Source: an uncultured Candidatus Saccharibacteria bacterium
Lineage (GTDB): Bacteria > Patescibacteriota > Saccharimonadia > Saccharimonadales > 2-12-FULL-41-12
Direction: 5' to 3'
DNA length: 64,000 nt
Assembly: GCA_947085855.1 (NCBI GenBank)
Contig: CAMTYB010000001.1
Location: 737,421-801,420 of the forward strand
Shown here: piece after piece, positions 1 to 8,881 of the stretch
Layout: each line of letters starts with the position of its first letter
Position numbering within the stretch: the stretch's first letter is position 1
The notes under the pieces: model-generated
What the model was told of the DNA's origin: nothing
The model's input: only the letters and a program-made list of their open reading frames with translations
Database searches by the model: none
Program-made: the position numbers and the translations under genes

Positions 1-182
1 TGCGAATAATTTATCCAGATAATCTGCATGAATCTCCCAATGACGGTCAGTGGCGAGAGTTTGATCCTGAGCGTAAATTTAGTGGTGCCGATCTAATGGC
101 TAGCGTTGAGGCTTACCCTCGTTATGAACCATCTGTTGCTCGGCAGCTTGGTCAGATTGTAGATCTAAAGAACACAGCCTAG
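1..182 (+). CDS. 3' end of an unidentified CDS entering from upstream
   Basis: Frame 3 is open from the window edge to TAG at 180-182 (...RIIYPDNLHESPNDGQWREFDPERKF...QIVDLKNTA*). It is not on the ORF track because it has no in-window start. No family recognised. Confidence 0.35.
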   Translation, partial: RIIYPDNLHESPNDGQWREFDPERKFSGADLMASVEAYPRYEPSVARQLGQIVDLKNTA

Positions 183-185
183 GTA

Positions 186-875
186 TTAGTCGAAGCTGCG
201 TGACAAGGTTTCCAGCTTTTGGCTGTTGAATTTGTGCAAGCGTGCCGGTCTGTGGGCGCCTTCACGGATATATTCATCGGTTGGATGAATCAGTTCCAGG
301 CTGAGGAATTTCTTGCGGAAGTTACGCTTATCGAGCGGTCGCCCGAGCACAGCTTCGTAGGCTGTTTGCAGCTGTGACAGAGTGAATAATTCAGGTATGA
401 GTGCAAAAATGGCGTTGGTATAACTTAGTTTAGAAATGAGGCGATCGTGGGCGTACTTGATAATCGAGGCATGGTCGTAGGCCAGCTCAGGTAGATTTTT
501 GACGCTAAAGAAGCCGGGCTTTTGGGTCTTTTGAGTCTCCTCTGGAATGACATTTCGACCAAGACCCATGTAGGTAATAGAGACTGCGTGGCCACGAGGG
601 TCACGAGCTATGGTGTCAAAAGTGTATAGCTGTTCAACGAGCTGCAAAGAGCTTGTTTTGACACCGGCCTTATCGGAAAGAACACGGTCCATGGCTTCTT
701 GAGTGGTCTCGCCAATGGCGTTGTAACCGCCAGGTAGTGCCCATTTGTCCTTAAACGGCTCTTTGGCTCGTTGGATAAGTAGGACTTGAAGATCGCCGTC
801 GACTATCTGAAAGATGACGCTGTCTACGGTTAGGATTGGTGGCAAATAACCATCATCGTACATACTGTCCATCAT
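186..875 (-). CDS. nrtR: NrtR-like Nudix-related transcriptional regulator of NAD metabolism
   Basis: 229 aa. The Nudix box is degenerate (GGYNAIGETTQEAMDRVLSDKAG keeps GX5EX7R but loses the REUXEE glutamates). The C-terminal winged-helix segment FTLSQLQTAYEAVLGRPLDKRNFRKKF is typical of NrtR. It lies 25 nt downstream of nadE on the same strand, with GAGGAA upstream of the ATG. Confidence 0.75.
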   Translation of the reverse strand: MMDSMYDDGYLPPILTVDSVIFQIVDGDLQVLLIQRAKEPFKDKWALPGGYNAIGETTQEAMDRVLSDKAGVKTSSLQLVEQLYTFDTIARDPRGHAVSITYMGLGRNVIPEETQKTQKPGFFSVKNLPELAYDHASIIKYAHDRLISKLSYTNAIFALIPELFTLSQLQTAYEAVLGRPLDKRNFRKKFLSLELIHPTDEYIREGAHRPARLHKFNSQKLETLSRSFD

Positions 876-899
876 ACACTATTCCTCGGTCGTGCGTCC

Positions 900-2867
900 T
901 TAGCGCCACCAGTTAGCGCTGGTGTTTGGCGCCATGCGTAGGTCGCCACGAGGGCTTAAGGCTATGGTGCCAATCTTGGTGCCATTCGGCATAGCCTCGC
1001 GCTTCCATTGGCTGTTAGTATGGCGCGCCAAGAAGGCCTGCAGCCAGTGGCTGACGGTCGCGTGGTCGTATTTACCGGCAAAGGCATGGGCTGCCAAAAA
1101 GCCCAGTTTCTGTGGTCGGCTGCCGTAGCGCATGTGGTGGTAGGTAAAGAAGTCGCGCAGTTCGTCGGGGCCAATGATGCTATCAGTCGTCTGATCAAGT
1201 GCGCCGTTACCGGTCAATTCTGGAGAGACCGGTGTGTCGAGGATGTCATCGAGCACAGCCTTAACTTCGGGTGTGGCTTTGCGGTCGGCATACCAGCGGA
1301 CGAGGTGGCGTACAAGAGTTTTTGGCACCCCAGCGTTGGGATTAAACATGCTCATGTGGTCGCCGTTGTAGGTGCTCCAGCCCTGCATGATTTCACTCAT
1401 GTCACCCGTGCCCTGCACCATGCCGCCAATTTTGTTGGCGTAATTCATCTGAATGGCCGTACGAATACGAGCCTGCGTGTTCTCGAAGGTAATATCTTCG
1501 GTTACCCCGTCGTGCTCAATAGTCTCAAGCAGCAGCTCAGTTAGCGGGCCGATCGGCTTGATCAGATGGGTCGTACCGAGTGCGTTCGCCAAAATAGTTG
1601 CATTATCTTGAGTACGTTCACTACTGGCCGGGCCGGGCATAGTAATGGTGTTAATAAAACTGTTAGTTTTGCCGAGGCGCTTGGCTGTTTCAGCGGCAAT
1701 CAGTATGCCGAGCGTAGAATCAAGTCCGCCAGATAAACCAAGTACGATACCCTTACTGCCAACGTCTTTAAGACGTTCAGCAAACGCTTCGGCTAGCTCG
1801 CCCATGATCTGGTCGCAACGTTGGTCCAGAGTTTCTGGATTGGCCGGTACAAACGGTAATGGGTCGATAAATTGCATAACGGCTTCATCGTCTGGGCGCT
1901 TGACGTGGACAGGAATGGTTCGGAAATTGTACTCAGCCTGGATCTCCTCGGCTTCGTCGGCAAAGGTCTTATTCTGTAAACGGTCATGCTGGATGTGTTG
2001 ACGGTCTATATCCGCCACCAACTTATCAGTCGTTTTGTCGTGCGGAGTTCGTTCTTCGAGTTTGTGTCCAAGTTCAAAAATCATCTGGTGGCCACCGTAT
2101 ATGACGTCAGCATTGGACTCGCCTTTGCCAGCAGAAGTGTAAACGTATGCGCACAATAATCGACCGGCCAGGTCGCTGATCTTTTGCTGTCGAAATTCTT
2201 TCTTACCAATCAGTTCGTTGCTGGCAGACAAATTGACAATTACTTCAGCGCCGGCCAACGCGGCGTAACTGCTGGGCGGAATTCCTGCCCAGGCATCTTC
2301 ACAGATTTCGATGCCGACTTTTGTGCCATTAATATCAAACAGTAAATCAGTTCCGAACGGCACCTCGGCATCGCCAATGGCCATAACCTGATCAGTTACA
2401 TTCCGGCCGCTACTAAACCAACGCTTTTCATAGAACTCGCCGTAATTTGGTAGGCGTGTTTTTGGCACCACGCCTTGTATAGTGCCCTCGGCCAAAACTG
2501 CCGCACAGTTGTAGAGCTTGCCGGCGTGAACCAGCGGGGCACCGACTATGAGCGCGGGACCTTCGACAGTTGCTTCGGCTAAATCATACAGGGCGGCTTG
2601 GGTCGTTTCGAGGATATGCTCGTTATGAAATAAGTCAGCCGTAGAGTAACCGGTCAGATTCAGTTCCGGTAGAACCAAAAGTTCGGCCTCATTTTCTATA
2701 GCAGAGGCATAGGCTTCTTTAGTGGCGGCCACGTTGGCGACAGGGTCGGCAATAGTAACTTCCGGGGAAGCGGTCATAACCCGAAGGTAGTCTTTGGTTG
2801 GCTTTTCGAAATAGGCTGGGAAGTCGTGTCGCTCGATGCGTGGTGCTTCAGCGTAAAGAGTTTCCAT
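900..2867 (-). CDS. nadE: glutamine-dependent NAD+ synthetase (CN-hydrolase + NAD synthase domains)
   Basis: The track ORF is 900..3011, but its first 48 codons are Cys-rich and overlap nadD. The ATG at 2865-2867 (METLYAEAPRIE...) is preceded by AGGAG. The C-terminal domain carries the PP-loop GLSGGLDST. Confidence 0.9.
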   Translation of the reverse strand: METLYAEAPRIERHDFPAYFEKPTKDYLRVMTASPEVTIADPVANVAATKEAYASAIENEAELLVLPELNLTGYSTADLFHNEHILETTQAALYDLAEATVEGPALIVGAPLVHAGKLYNCAAVLAEGTIQGVVPKTRLPNYGEFYEKRWFSSGRNVTDQVMAIGDAEVPFGTDLLFDINGTKVGIEICEDAWAGIPPSSYAALAGAEVIVNLSASNELIGKKEFRQQKISDLAGRLLCAYVYTSAGKGESNADVIYGGHQMIFELGHKLEERTPHDKTTDKLVADIDRQHIQHDRLQNKTFADEAEEIQAEYNFRTIPVHVKRPDDEAVMQFIDPLPFVPANPETLDQRCDQIMGELAEAFAERLKDVGSKGIVLGLSGGLDSTLGILIAAETAKRLGKTNSFINTITMPGPASSERTQDNATILANALGTTHLIKPIGPLTELLLETIEHDGVTEDITFENTQARIRTAIQMNYANKIGGMVQGTGDMSEIMQGWSTYNGDHMSMFNPNAGVPKTLVRHLVRWYADRKATPEVKAVLDDILDTPVSPELTGNGALDQTTDSIIGPDELRDFFTYHHMRYGSRPQKLGFLAAHAFAGKYDHATVSHWLQAFLARHTNSQWKREAMPNGTKIGTIALSPRGDLRMAPNTSANWWR

Positions 2868-2885
2868 GGCAGTTCTCCTAGGGTT

Positions 2886-2916
2886 ATTAGTTAGTGTATT
2901 CTTGACATTAACTAAT
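2886..2916. promoter_or_regulatory. 31-bp imperfect palindrome, candidate NrtR operator 1 (overlaps a TTGACA -35-like hexamer at 2902-2907)
   Basis: ATTAGTTAGTGT-N7-ACATTAACTAAT, with 11 of 12 arm positions complementary. It lies in the divergent nadE/nadD control region. Confidence 0.45.
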
Positions 2917-2937
2917 TTAGAATGTACCATACACGTA

Positions 2938-2964
2938 TAGTTAGTGTCAATAGAACACAAACAT
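2938..2964. promoter_or_regulatory. second copy of the TAGTTAGTGT half-site with a weaker inverted partner, candidate operator 2
   Basis: TAGTTAGTGT (2938-2947) is identical to 2888-2897 and lies exactly 50 bp away. After a 7-nt spacer comes ACACAAACAT, which matches the first site's right arm at 6 of 10 positions. Confidence 0.35.
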
Positions 2965-2985
2965 ACGTCTGATAGGAGAGCTACT

Positions 2986-3573
2986 ATGCAACTCGCACAA
3001 CACGAAACCATTATCTTTGGCGGTAGTTTTAATCCCCCTACCCTTGCCCACCGCGATATAACGGAAGTGCTGCTACAAACCTATCCAGATGCCGATGTCT
3101 GGCTCATGCCATCAGGGGAACGACACGATAAGGCCGGCTTCTTGCCGAGTGATCAGCGCCTCGAAATGCTGGAAATTGTCCGCCAAACCTTATCCGAGCC
3201 AGAACGAGTAGCAGTCTGCGATTTGGAACTGAAAGACACTGGTGTAACGGAGACATATAGAACAGTCGGTCGGCTCGCAACAGCTGAACCGACCAGATCA
3301 TTCCGCTATGTTTTTGGCGGCGATGCCTATCTAGGAATGCCAGCCTGGCGCCACGGCGAGGAATTACAGGCTGAGTTGCCAATGATTGTCGTACCGCGTG
3401 ATGGGGGTACAATAGGGGTTGGAACTAATTGTGACATTCTAAAGATAAATCTAGATGAAGGCATTTCATCTTCAGAGGTGCGCCGTCGACTCAACGAAGG
3501 GCTGCCAATTGATCAGTTGGTGTGCCGAGGTATCCAGAATTACATAGCACAGCGTCACCCCTTGCTATACTAG
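2986..3573 (+). CDS. nadD: nicotinate-nucleotide adenylyltransferase
   Basis: The track ORF starts at 2944, but the ATG at 2986 is preceded by AGGAGA. IIFGGSFNPPTLAHRD is the nucleotidyltransferase (T/H)xxH motif, and ISSSEVR is present near the C-terminus. Confidence 0.85.
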   Translation: MQLAQHETIIFGGSFNPPTLAHRDITEVLLQTYPDADVWLMPSGERHDKAGFLPSDQRLEMLEIVRQTLSEPERVAVCDLELKDTGVTETYRTVGRLATAEPTRSFRYVFGGDAYLGMPAWRHGEELQAELPMIVVPRDGGTIGVGTNCDILKINLDEGISSSEVRRRLNEGLPIDQLVCRGIQNYIAQRHPLLY

Positions 3574-3577
3574 TGCT

Positions 3578-3982
3578 ATGGAAAAGAGCTATATAGATAA
3601 GTTGGCGTACATACTAATCAAAGATAGGAAAATACTAACTACTCGCAGTATTGGCAAAGACGTTTGGTATATACCTGGTGGTAAACGTGAAGGTAACGAA
3701 ACCGACGTCGAAGCACTGACACGAGAAGTTGAAGAAGAGCTTTCTGTTGAGCTAAAACCAAAAACAATCAAACACTATGGAACATTTGAGGCTCAGGCTC
3801 ATGGAAAGCCTGAAGGAACAGTTGTTCGCATGACTTGCTATGAGGCTGAATTTGATGGCAATCTAAGGCCGGCAGCCGAGATCGAGGAAATGAGTTTTGT
3901 GAATTACGATTGGAAAGCAAAAAGTTCACCAGTTGATGTCCTTATCTTTGATGACTTGAAATCAAAAGGCTTGATTGATTAG
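3578..3982 (+). CDS. Nudix hydrolase
   Basis: 134 aa with an intact Nudix box, GGKREGNETDVEALTREVEEELSV. Confidence 0.8.
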   Translation: MEKSYIDKLAYILIKDRKILTTRSIGKDVWYIPGGKREGNETDVEALTREVEEELSVELKPKTIKHYGTFEAQAHGKPEGTVVRMTCYEAEFDGNLRPAAEIEEMSFVNYDWKAKSSPVDVLIFDDLKSKGLID

Positions 3983-4037
3983 TGTTAATTGCTGCCTGAA
4001 CTTCTCATAATGCCGTGTGGCATAATAAACAGTTGTT

Positions 4038-4841
4038 ATGAGCACAGACTTATCGTTTTTTGATACACACGCCCACATACATTTCCCAGATTATGGTCTC
4101 GATTCAGAAGAAGTCTGGCAAGCGGCCGTAAACGAAGGTGTTACTGGCATGATAGCGGTCGGTTGTCGCCTCGAGGACAGTAAAGGGGCCGTAGAATTCG
4201 CCAGGGGCCGTGAGGGCGTTTGGGCGGCTGTAGGCATTCATCCGCACGAGGCGCACGAGTTTTTGGCTCAAAAGGGCTCAAAACAGGCTCTGGAAGCACT
4301 TTTTGACAACATTCAGCGCGATAAAGTGGTGGCCGTCGGTGAAATTGGACTCGATTATTACTATGAGCACTCAAATAAGGCTGAACAAGCCGAGTTATTG
4401 GAGTTTCAACTGGGGTTAGCCGAGAAGTATGACTTGCCGGTAATTTGCCATGTTCGCGACGCTTTTGACGACTTTTGGCCGATTTTTGATAGATTTTCTA
4501 TAAAAAGGGCTATTATTCATAGCTTTACGGGTGTATTATCTGATGTGGAGCAGATTCTGCAACGTGACTTATATGTGGGGCTAAACGGCATTATGACGTT
4601 TACAAAGCAAGCTGAGCAGCTTGAGGCTGCAAAGGCTGTTCCTCTCAAGAAATTGGTGCTCGAAACAGATGCACCATACTTGACTCCTAAGCCATTCCGT
4701 GGTAAGATATGTAAACCTGAACATGTGAAGTTTACGGCCGCGTTTTTGGCCGAGCTCAGGGGAGAGTCAATTAAGCAGCTTGCAGATCAAACCACATTGA
4801 ATGCCCGTCAGCTATTTGACATAACAATAAGAGACAGATAA
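4038..4841 (+). CDS. tatD: TatD-family metal-dependent hydrolase/DNase
   Basis: 267 aa. FDTHAHIHF at the N-terminus, GEIGLDYYY, and the HSFTG and ETDAPYLTP motifs. Confidence 0.88.
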   Translation: MSTDLSFFDTHAHIHFPDYGLDSEEVWQAAVNEGVTGMIAVGCRLEDSKGAVEFARGREGVWAAVGIHPHEAHEFLAQKGSKQALEALFDNIQRDKVVAVGEIGLDYYYEHSNKAEQAELLEFQLGLAEKYDLPVICHVRDAFDDFWPIFDRFSIKRAIIHSFTGVLSDVEQILQRDLYVGLNGIMTFTKQAEQLEAAKAVPLKKLVLETDAPYLTPKPFRGKICKPEHVKFTAAFLAELRGESIKQLADQTTLNARQLFDITIRDR

Positions 4842-5221
4842 TGAGTATTTTGACTAACCTATCACTAACCGGAAACGGCGAAACCGAGCCAAAGCGCTGG
4901 GGTAGCTATGAAGCTTTGCCAACACCAGCTCAACAGCGGGTGCGTATTGTCATGACCGCCACTCGAGCTGTTGCCAACTGCTCAGTTGTTCAAGCCTCTA
5001 ACAGTGACCGTAGTCAAAGCCAGGCTGCTCAAGTTATTGATGAAGTTCTTTCTCCCGAAATTCCGATAGCTAATAACTTTGCCACACCAGCTTCTGCACT
5101 CAATAGCGTGCCAACAGCTCATGGTGACGTGAAGTTTACCGAAGCCCAGACTATGGGCAACGCTGCTCGCCAGATTATCAGTCAACATCATGCTGACCAG
5201 ACAGGAGTAAACAATGCTTAG
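4841..5221 (+). CDS. hypothetical protein
   Basis: 126 aa. Its start overlaps the tatD stop (TAATG). No recognisable motif. Confidence 0.45.
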   Translation: MSILTNLSLTGNGETEPKRWGSYEALPTPAQQRVRIVMTATRAVANCSVVQASNSDRSQSQAAQVIDEVLSPEIPIANNFATPASALNSVPTAHGDVKFTEAQTMGNAARQIISQHHADQTGVNNA

Positions 5222-5582
5222 TCGAGTCCTTAAAGTTGCTGGCGTTCAAAGCCAAGAAAATCGCGACAATAAGCTGTATCGTGACCTATTGCGCCACGAA
5301 GCTCAAATCGGTGGCAAGCTGTTTGGCCCGATTCCTAAGAATGGTCGTCGTGAATTCTTCTGCCTCGATGAATATACCTGGATTTGGTACGAAGAATGGC
5401 AAGGCAAAAAGGGTGAACGAAAGAGTCGTACTACTCGCTATAACGTTCGACCTGACAGCATTGTGAAGATCCAAGATGGCAAAAGCCATAAACTGATCTC
5501 TAAAGATGAAGCAGCTCGTTTCTTTGATGCTGTCCAAGCCTACGAGCGCAATGTAAAGCGCAAACTGTACAAAGTTGCCTAA
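5214..5582 (+). CDS. hypothetical protein (basic, Trp-rich)
   Basis: 122 aa. It overlaps the previous ORF by 8 nt, and its composition looks coding. Confidence 0.5.
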   Translation: MLSRVLKVAGVQSQENRDNKLYRDLLRHEAQIGGKLFGPIPKNGRREFFCLDEYTWIWYEEWQGKKGERKSRTTRYNVRPDSIVKIQDGKSHKLISKDEAARFFDAVQAYERNVKRKLYKVA

Positions 5583-5595
5583 CAAAGGCTACTCG

Positions 5596-6729
5596 ATGAC
5601 TTCATACTTTGACTTTGCGGCGGCTACGCCACTCGATGACAGCGTTCTCACGGCCATGCAGCCGTTTTTTAATACTCAGTTCTATAACCCCTCAGCGTTG
5701 TACACGCCAGCTGTCGAGGTCTCCAAAGCAGTAGCTGCTGCCCGTGCCGACATTGCGGCTTTGCTTGGTGCTAAGCCAATTGAAATCGTCTTCACCTCGG
5801 GCGGTACGGAAGCTAATAACCTGGCCATTCACGGTGTCATGCAACAATACCCAGAAGCCAATTTGGTAATTTCGGCTATTGAGCATGACTCTGTGCGTAT
5901 GCCGGCTCAAGCACATACAGTGCGAGAAATATCGGTTAGCGAACAAGGCTTGGTTGATCCTGAGTTGGTTGTGGAAGCAATTGATGACCAGACGGTTTTG
6001 GTAAGTATTATGTACGCCAACAATGAGGTTGGTACGGTGCAGCCAATTCGTCAGATTGCTGCTGAGCTCGCCAAGCTACGAACCCAGCGTCAAAAGCAAG
6101 GCAACAAACTACCGCTTTTGTTCCATGTTGATGCCGCTCAAGCCAGCAATTACCTGGACTTGCATGTCCACCGACTGGGCGTTGATTTGATGACAATTAA
6201 TGGTGGTAAAGTTTACGGCCCAAAGCAGACGGGCCTGCTGTTTGTGCGTAGCGGTGTGACTATACGGCCACTCATCGCTGGTGGCGGTCAAGAACGAGGT
6301 CTACGTAGCGGTACCGAAAATATTCCGGGCATTATAGGTCTGGCTGCTGCACTTAAGTTGGCAGTGGAGAAGCGTCACGAAGAAACGAAGCGTCTGCAGA
6401 CTTTGCAGCAGTATTTTATCGCTGAGCTACAGAAGGCCTTACCTCATGTAATCATCAACGGCTCGCTCAAACAACGCTTGCCAAATAATGTGCATATTAC
6501 CGTGCCAGGTACCGATAATGAACGGGTGCTGATGGCGCTTGATATGCACGGTATTTACGCTGCCGCTGGCTCTGCGTGCAGCGCTAGTAATGACGAGCCG
6601 TCGCATGTACTGCAAGCGATTGGATATGACACAAGTCACATCCAAAGTTCATTGCGGTTTAGCATGGGCCGGAGCACTACTCAAGAAAATATCGACCATC
6701 TCCTACGGACGCTTCCAGAAGTCCTGTAA
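5596..6729 (+). CDS. cysteine desulfurase (class V aminotransferase, NifS/IscS-like)
   Basis: SGGTEANN, HVDAAQ, the PLP-lysine region INGGKVYGPKQTG and the catalytic-Cys loop GSACSAS are all present. I chose the start at MTSYFDF (5596); the track start at 5575 is also possible. Confidence 0.85.
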   Translation: MTSYFDFAAATPLDDSVLTAMQPFFNTQFYNPSALYTPAVEVSKAVAAARADIAALLGAKPIEIVFTSGGTEANNLAIHGVMQQYPEANLVISAIEHDSVRMPAQAHTVREISVSEQGLVDPELVVEAIDDQTVLVSIMYANNEVGTVQPIRQIAAELAKLRTQRQKQGNKLPLLFHVDAAQASNYLDLHVHRLGVDLMTINGGKVYGPKQTGLLFVRSGVTIRPLIAGGGQERGLRSGTENIPGIIGLAAALKLAVEKRHEETKRLQTLQQYFIAELQKALPHVIINGSLKQRLPNNVHITVPGTDNERVLMALDMHGIYAAAGSACSASNDEPSHVLQAIGYDTSHIQSSLRFSMGRSTTQENIDHLLRTLPEVL

Positions 6730-6793
6730 CGTCTGACTTGCCAGATTAAGTTATCAGAGGCATAATATGTCTTAAGCGTAAGCAAAAACAAAA

Positions 6794-7636
6794 ATGAATC
6801 TAAAAGCTCGCCTCAAAGTATTGATAATTACGCCGCGCGTAGTCGCTTCGGCGTTGTTAGCGATGCTTATACTTCTTAGCTTGAATAGTCCACTAGAAGC
6901 CCAAACTGTCTTGCAGGGCTATGCCTCTGACGAGACATTGCAAAAGGGCATGTTGGTGACAGCCAAGAAGTCAGATCAGGCTAAAGTGGAGGCCGTTACC
7001 GATAAGACAGTAACCGACCTCAAGGGTGTCGTGGCCGATTCTAATGATTCACCGGTAACGCTGAGCGACGGTGAAAAAAAGGTGTTTGTAGCCACGCAGG
7101 GCACCTATGAGGTGCTGGTTAGCAATGAAAATGGCTCAATCAAGCCAGGCGATCTAATAAGTGTGTCGTCGCTTGCCGGTATTGCTATGAAGGCTAATGA
7201 AACTCAGGGCGTGGTGCTCGGCCGGGCGGTTGGTGAATTTGCTGGTGCGAGCGATAGTATCGGTAAGACGACGGCCAAAGACGGGCGGACGGTGGCCTTT
7301 GGGCGCATCCAAGTTGATATTGGCATTGGCAAAAATCCGATTCAGAAAAATCCAGAAAGCAACAAAGTGCCACAAGCACTACAGAAGCTGGCTGATTCGG
7401 TAGCCGAGAAACCAGTTGATGCCCTGAGAATCTATCTGGGTTTGGCGGTTATTTTGGTAACGACTATTGTGGCTGGCACCACACTCTTTAGCGGTGTCCG
7501 GAGTGCAATTATTTCGCTCGGACGTAACCCCTTATCCAAAAATGTAATTTTGAGAGGCATGATTCAGGTGGTCTTGGTGAGCCTAATCGTTTTCATTACA
7601 GGGCTATTTGGGGTATATTTACTTATAAAGCTTTAA
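6794..7636 (+). CDS. secreted/membrane protein with a signal peptide, a ~200-aa ectodomain and a C-terminal two-helix hairpin
   Basis: 280 aa. The N-terminal hydrophobic segment ends in ...SPLEA/QT. The C-terminus reads ...IYLGLAVILVTTIVAGTTLFSGVRSAIISLGRNPLSKNVILRGMIQVVLVSLIVFITGLFGVYLLIKL. It lies 40 nt upstream of the b-like gene. Confidence 0.6.
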   Translation: MNLKARLKVLIITPRVVASALLAMLILLSLNSPLEAQTVLQGYASDETLQKGMLVTAKKSDQAKVEAVTDKTVTDLKGVVADSNDSPVTLSDGEKKVFVATQGTYEVLVSNENGSIKPGDLISVSSLAGIAMKANETQGVVLGRAVGEFAGASDSIGKTTAKDGRTVAFGRIQVDIGIGKNPIQKNPESNKVPQALQKLADSVAEKPVDALRIYLGLAVILVTTIVAGTTLFSGVRSAIISLGRNPLSKNVILRGMIQVVLVSLIVFITGLFGVYLLIKL

Positions 7637-7676
7637 GCATAAACGCGTGCTATGCAAAGGTGGGAAGACGTAAAAC

Positions 7677-8309
7677 ATGGATGATGGGTGGATACAAACC
7701 GGGCTGATTGTTGGAGCACTCCTCTCAACCACGGCGGCGTTTATTTGGGTAGCTCTGCGAGTTTCGTCTGGTTCTGGTCACGGTCAAGGTGATAAAGAGC
7801 CGCCTGACTTTACTGAAGCGGCTAAGCAAGACGTAGAACGTATTTTTAATGATGATTTCCGCGAAGAACTCCGTAATCGCGGCCGGCTTCACTTCGAGAA
7901 AATCATTGGTGAAAATGCCATGTTCTTACAGCAGGACTTGCGCTTAACTACCTCTCAAATCAACGAATACATGAAGGCAGAGATTACCAAATCACTGCAC
8001 GATGCCTTTGCTAAATATGAGGCTTCGATTGACGATGCCAAGCAGATAGCTCTTGATTCTATTCAGAAGACCCAAGTTGCCGTCGAGCAGCAACGAGAAA
8101 TCATGCACGAGCAACTCGTCAAAGAAATTGGCATTGAGAAAGAGCGTACTATCACTCGCTTCAATAACAATATGGCTGACATCGTTAACCATTACGTTTT
8201 AGCGGCTATTGGTAATCAAATTAGCCTTGATGATCAGTTAGAGTACATTTTGGGTGAGCTTGAGCGCAACAAACAGGCAATTATAGAAGACATTAATTTT
8301 GGAGCTTAG
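7677..8309 (+). CDS. F-type ATP synthase subunit b-like stator protein
   Basis: 210 aa with a single N-terminal TM helix followed by a long charged coiled coil. The call rests mainly on its position directly upstream of delta-alpha-gamma-beta-epsilon. Confidence 0.55.
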   Translation: MDDGWIQTGLIVGALLSTTAAFIWVALRVSSGSGHGQGDKEPPDFTEAAKQDVERIFNDDFREELRNRGRLHFEKIIGENAMFLQQDLRLTTSQINEYMKAEITKSLHDAFAKYEASIDDAKQIALDSIQKTQVAVEQQREIMHEQLVKEIGIEKERTITRFNNNMADIVNHYVLAAIGNQISLDDQLEYILGELERNKQAIIEDINFGA

Positions 8310-8320
8310 AGGAAGTATAC

Positions 8321-8881
8321 GTGACTGATGCTGCAGCTGTTGAACAGATTTCACTACCCGAGCAACTCGTAAGTTCGGTTGATTTGGCACGTATACTACG
8401 CGAACTCGAAAGTGTTGATGAATCTCTTCGCCAAAACAAGCTTCGTAAACCGGGCTCGCCCACCAAGTTGGCTCGTTCCAGTACGACACTCGAAGAACTT
8501 GCCAGCACCAACAAAGTAACTTTGACCGATGAAAAACAGCGCGAACAACTCATAATTATCTTGAAGGGCTTCATGAAGCACGCGCCCAGACTTCACATGA
8601 GCGTTGCGGCCGAACCGACAGCCAACTTCAAAAAGGATGTCATCATTTGGCTGCGTAAGAATATTCATCCGCTCACCCTGCTTGAAATTGGCTTACAACC
8701 AAATCTTGCAGCCGGCTGCGTGATACGTACCAATAACAAAGTTTTTGACATGAGTCTACGTAATCGACTGCACGAAGAACGTCCTCGTCTCTTTGAAGAA
8801 ATAAGCCAAGTTGATGAGTCTGCTGTCCCACAGCCTCAGGTACCGGCACCTACACCGCCAGCCGAGGAGGCCCGGCAATGA
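8321..8881 (+). CDS. F-type ATP synthase delta (OSCP)-like subunit
   Basis: 186 aa with a GTG start preceded by AGAGGAAG. The C-terminal half (...[22 protein letters not shown]) resembles the OSCP C-terminus. Its stop overlaps the atpA start. Confidence 0.55.
   Translation: MTDAAAVEQISLPEQLVSSVDLARILRELESVDESLRQNKLRKPGSPTKLARSSTTLEELASTNKVTLTDEKQREQLIIILKGFMKHAPRLHMSVAAEPTANFKKDVIIWLRKNIHPLTLLEIGLQPNLAAGCVIRTNNKVFDMSLRNRLHEERPRLFEEISQVDESAVPQPQVPAPTPPAEEARQ

Noticed and set aside
922-2001. Several 60-180-aa ORFs on the plus strand and in alternative minus frames inside nadE (922..1128, 1008..1544, 1645..2001, 962..1198, 1793..1987).
   Set aside because: They lie fully inside a well-supported 655-aa nadE reading frame. 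Their compositions (Arg/Ser/Ala/Trp-rich) are typical of antisense shadow ORFs, and they have no start-site signals.
2868-3011. Long 5' extensions of nadE (to 3011) and nadD (from 2944) that would make the two divergent genes overlap by 68 nt.
   Set aside because: The extensions encode Cys-rich or otherwise odd peptides. Both genes have internal ATGs (2867 and 2986) with AGGAG-type SDs, and these give N-termini matching the families.
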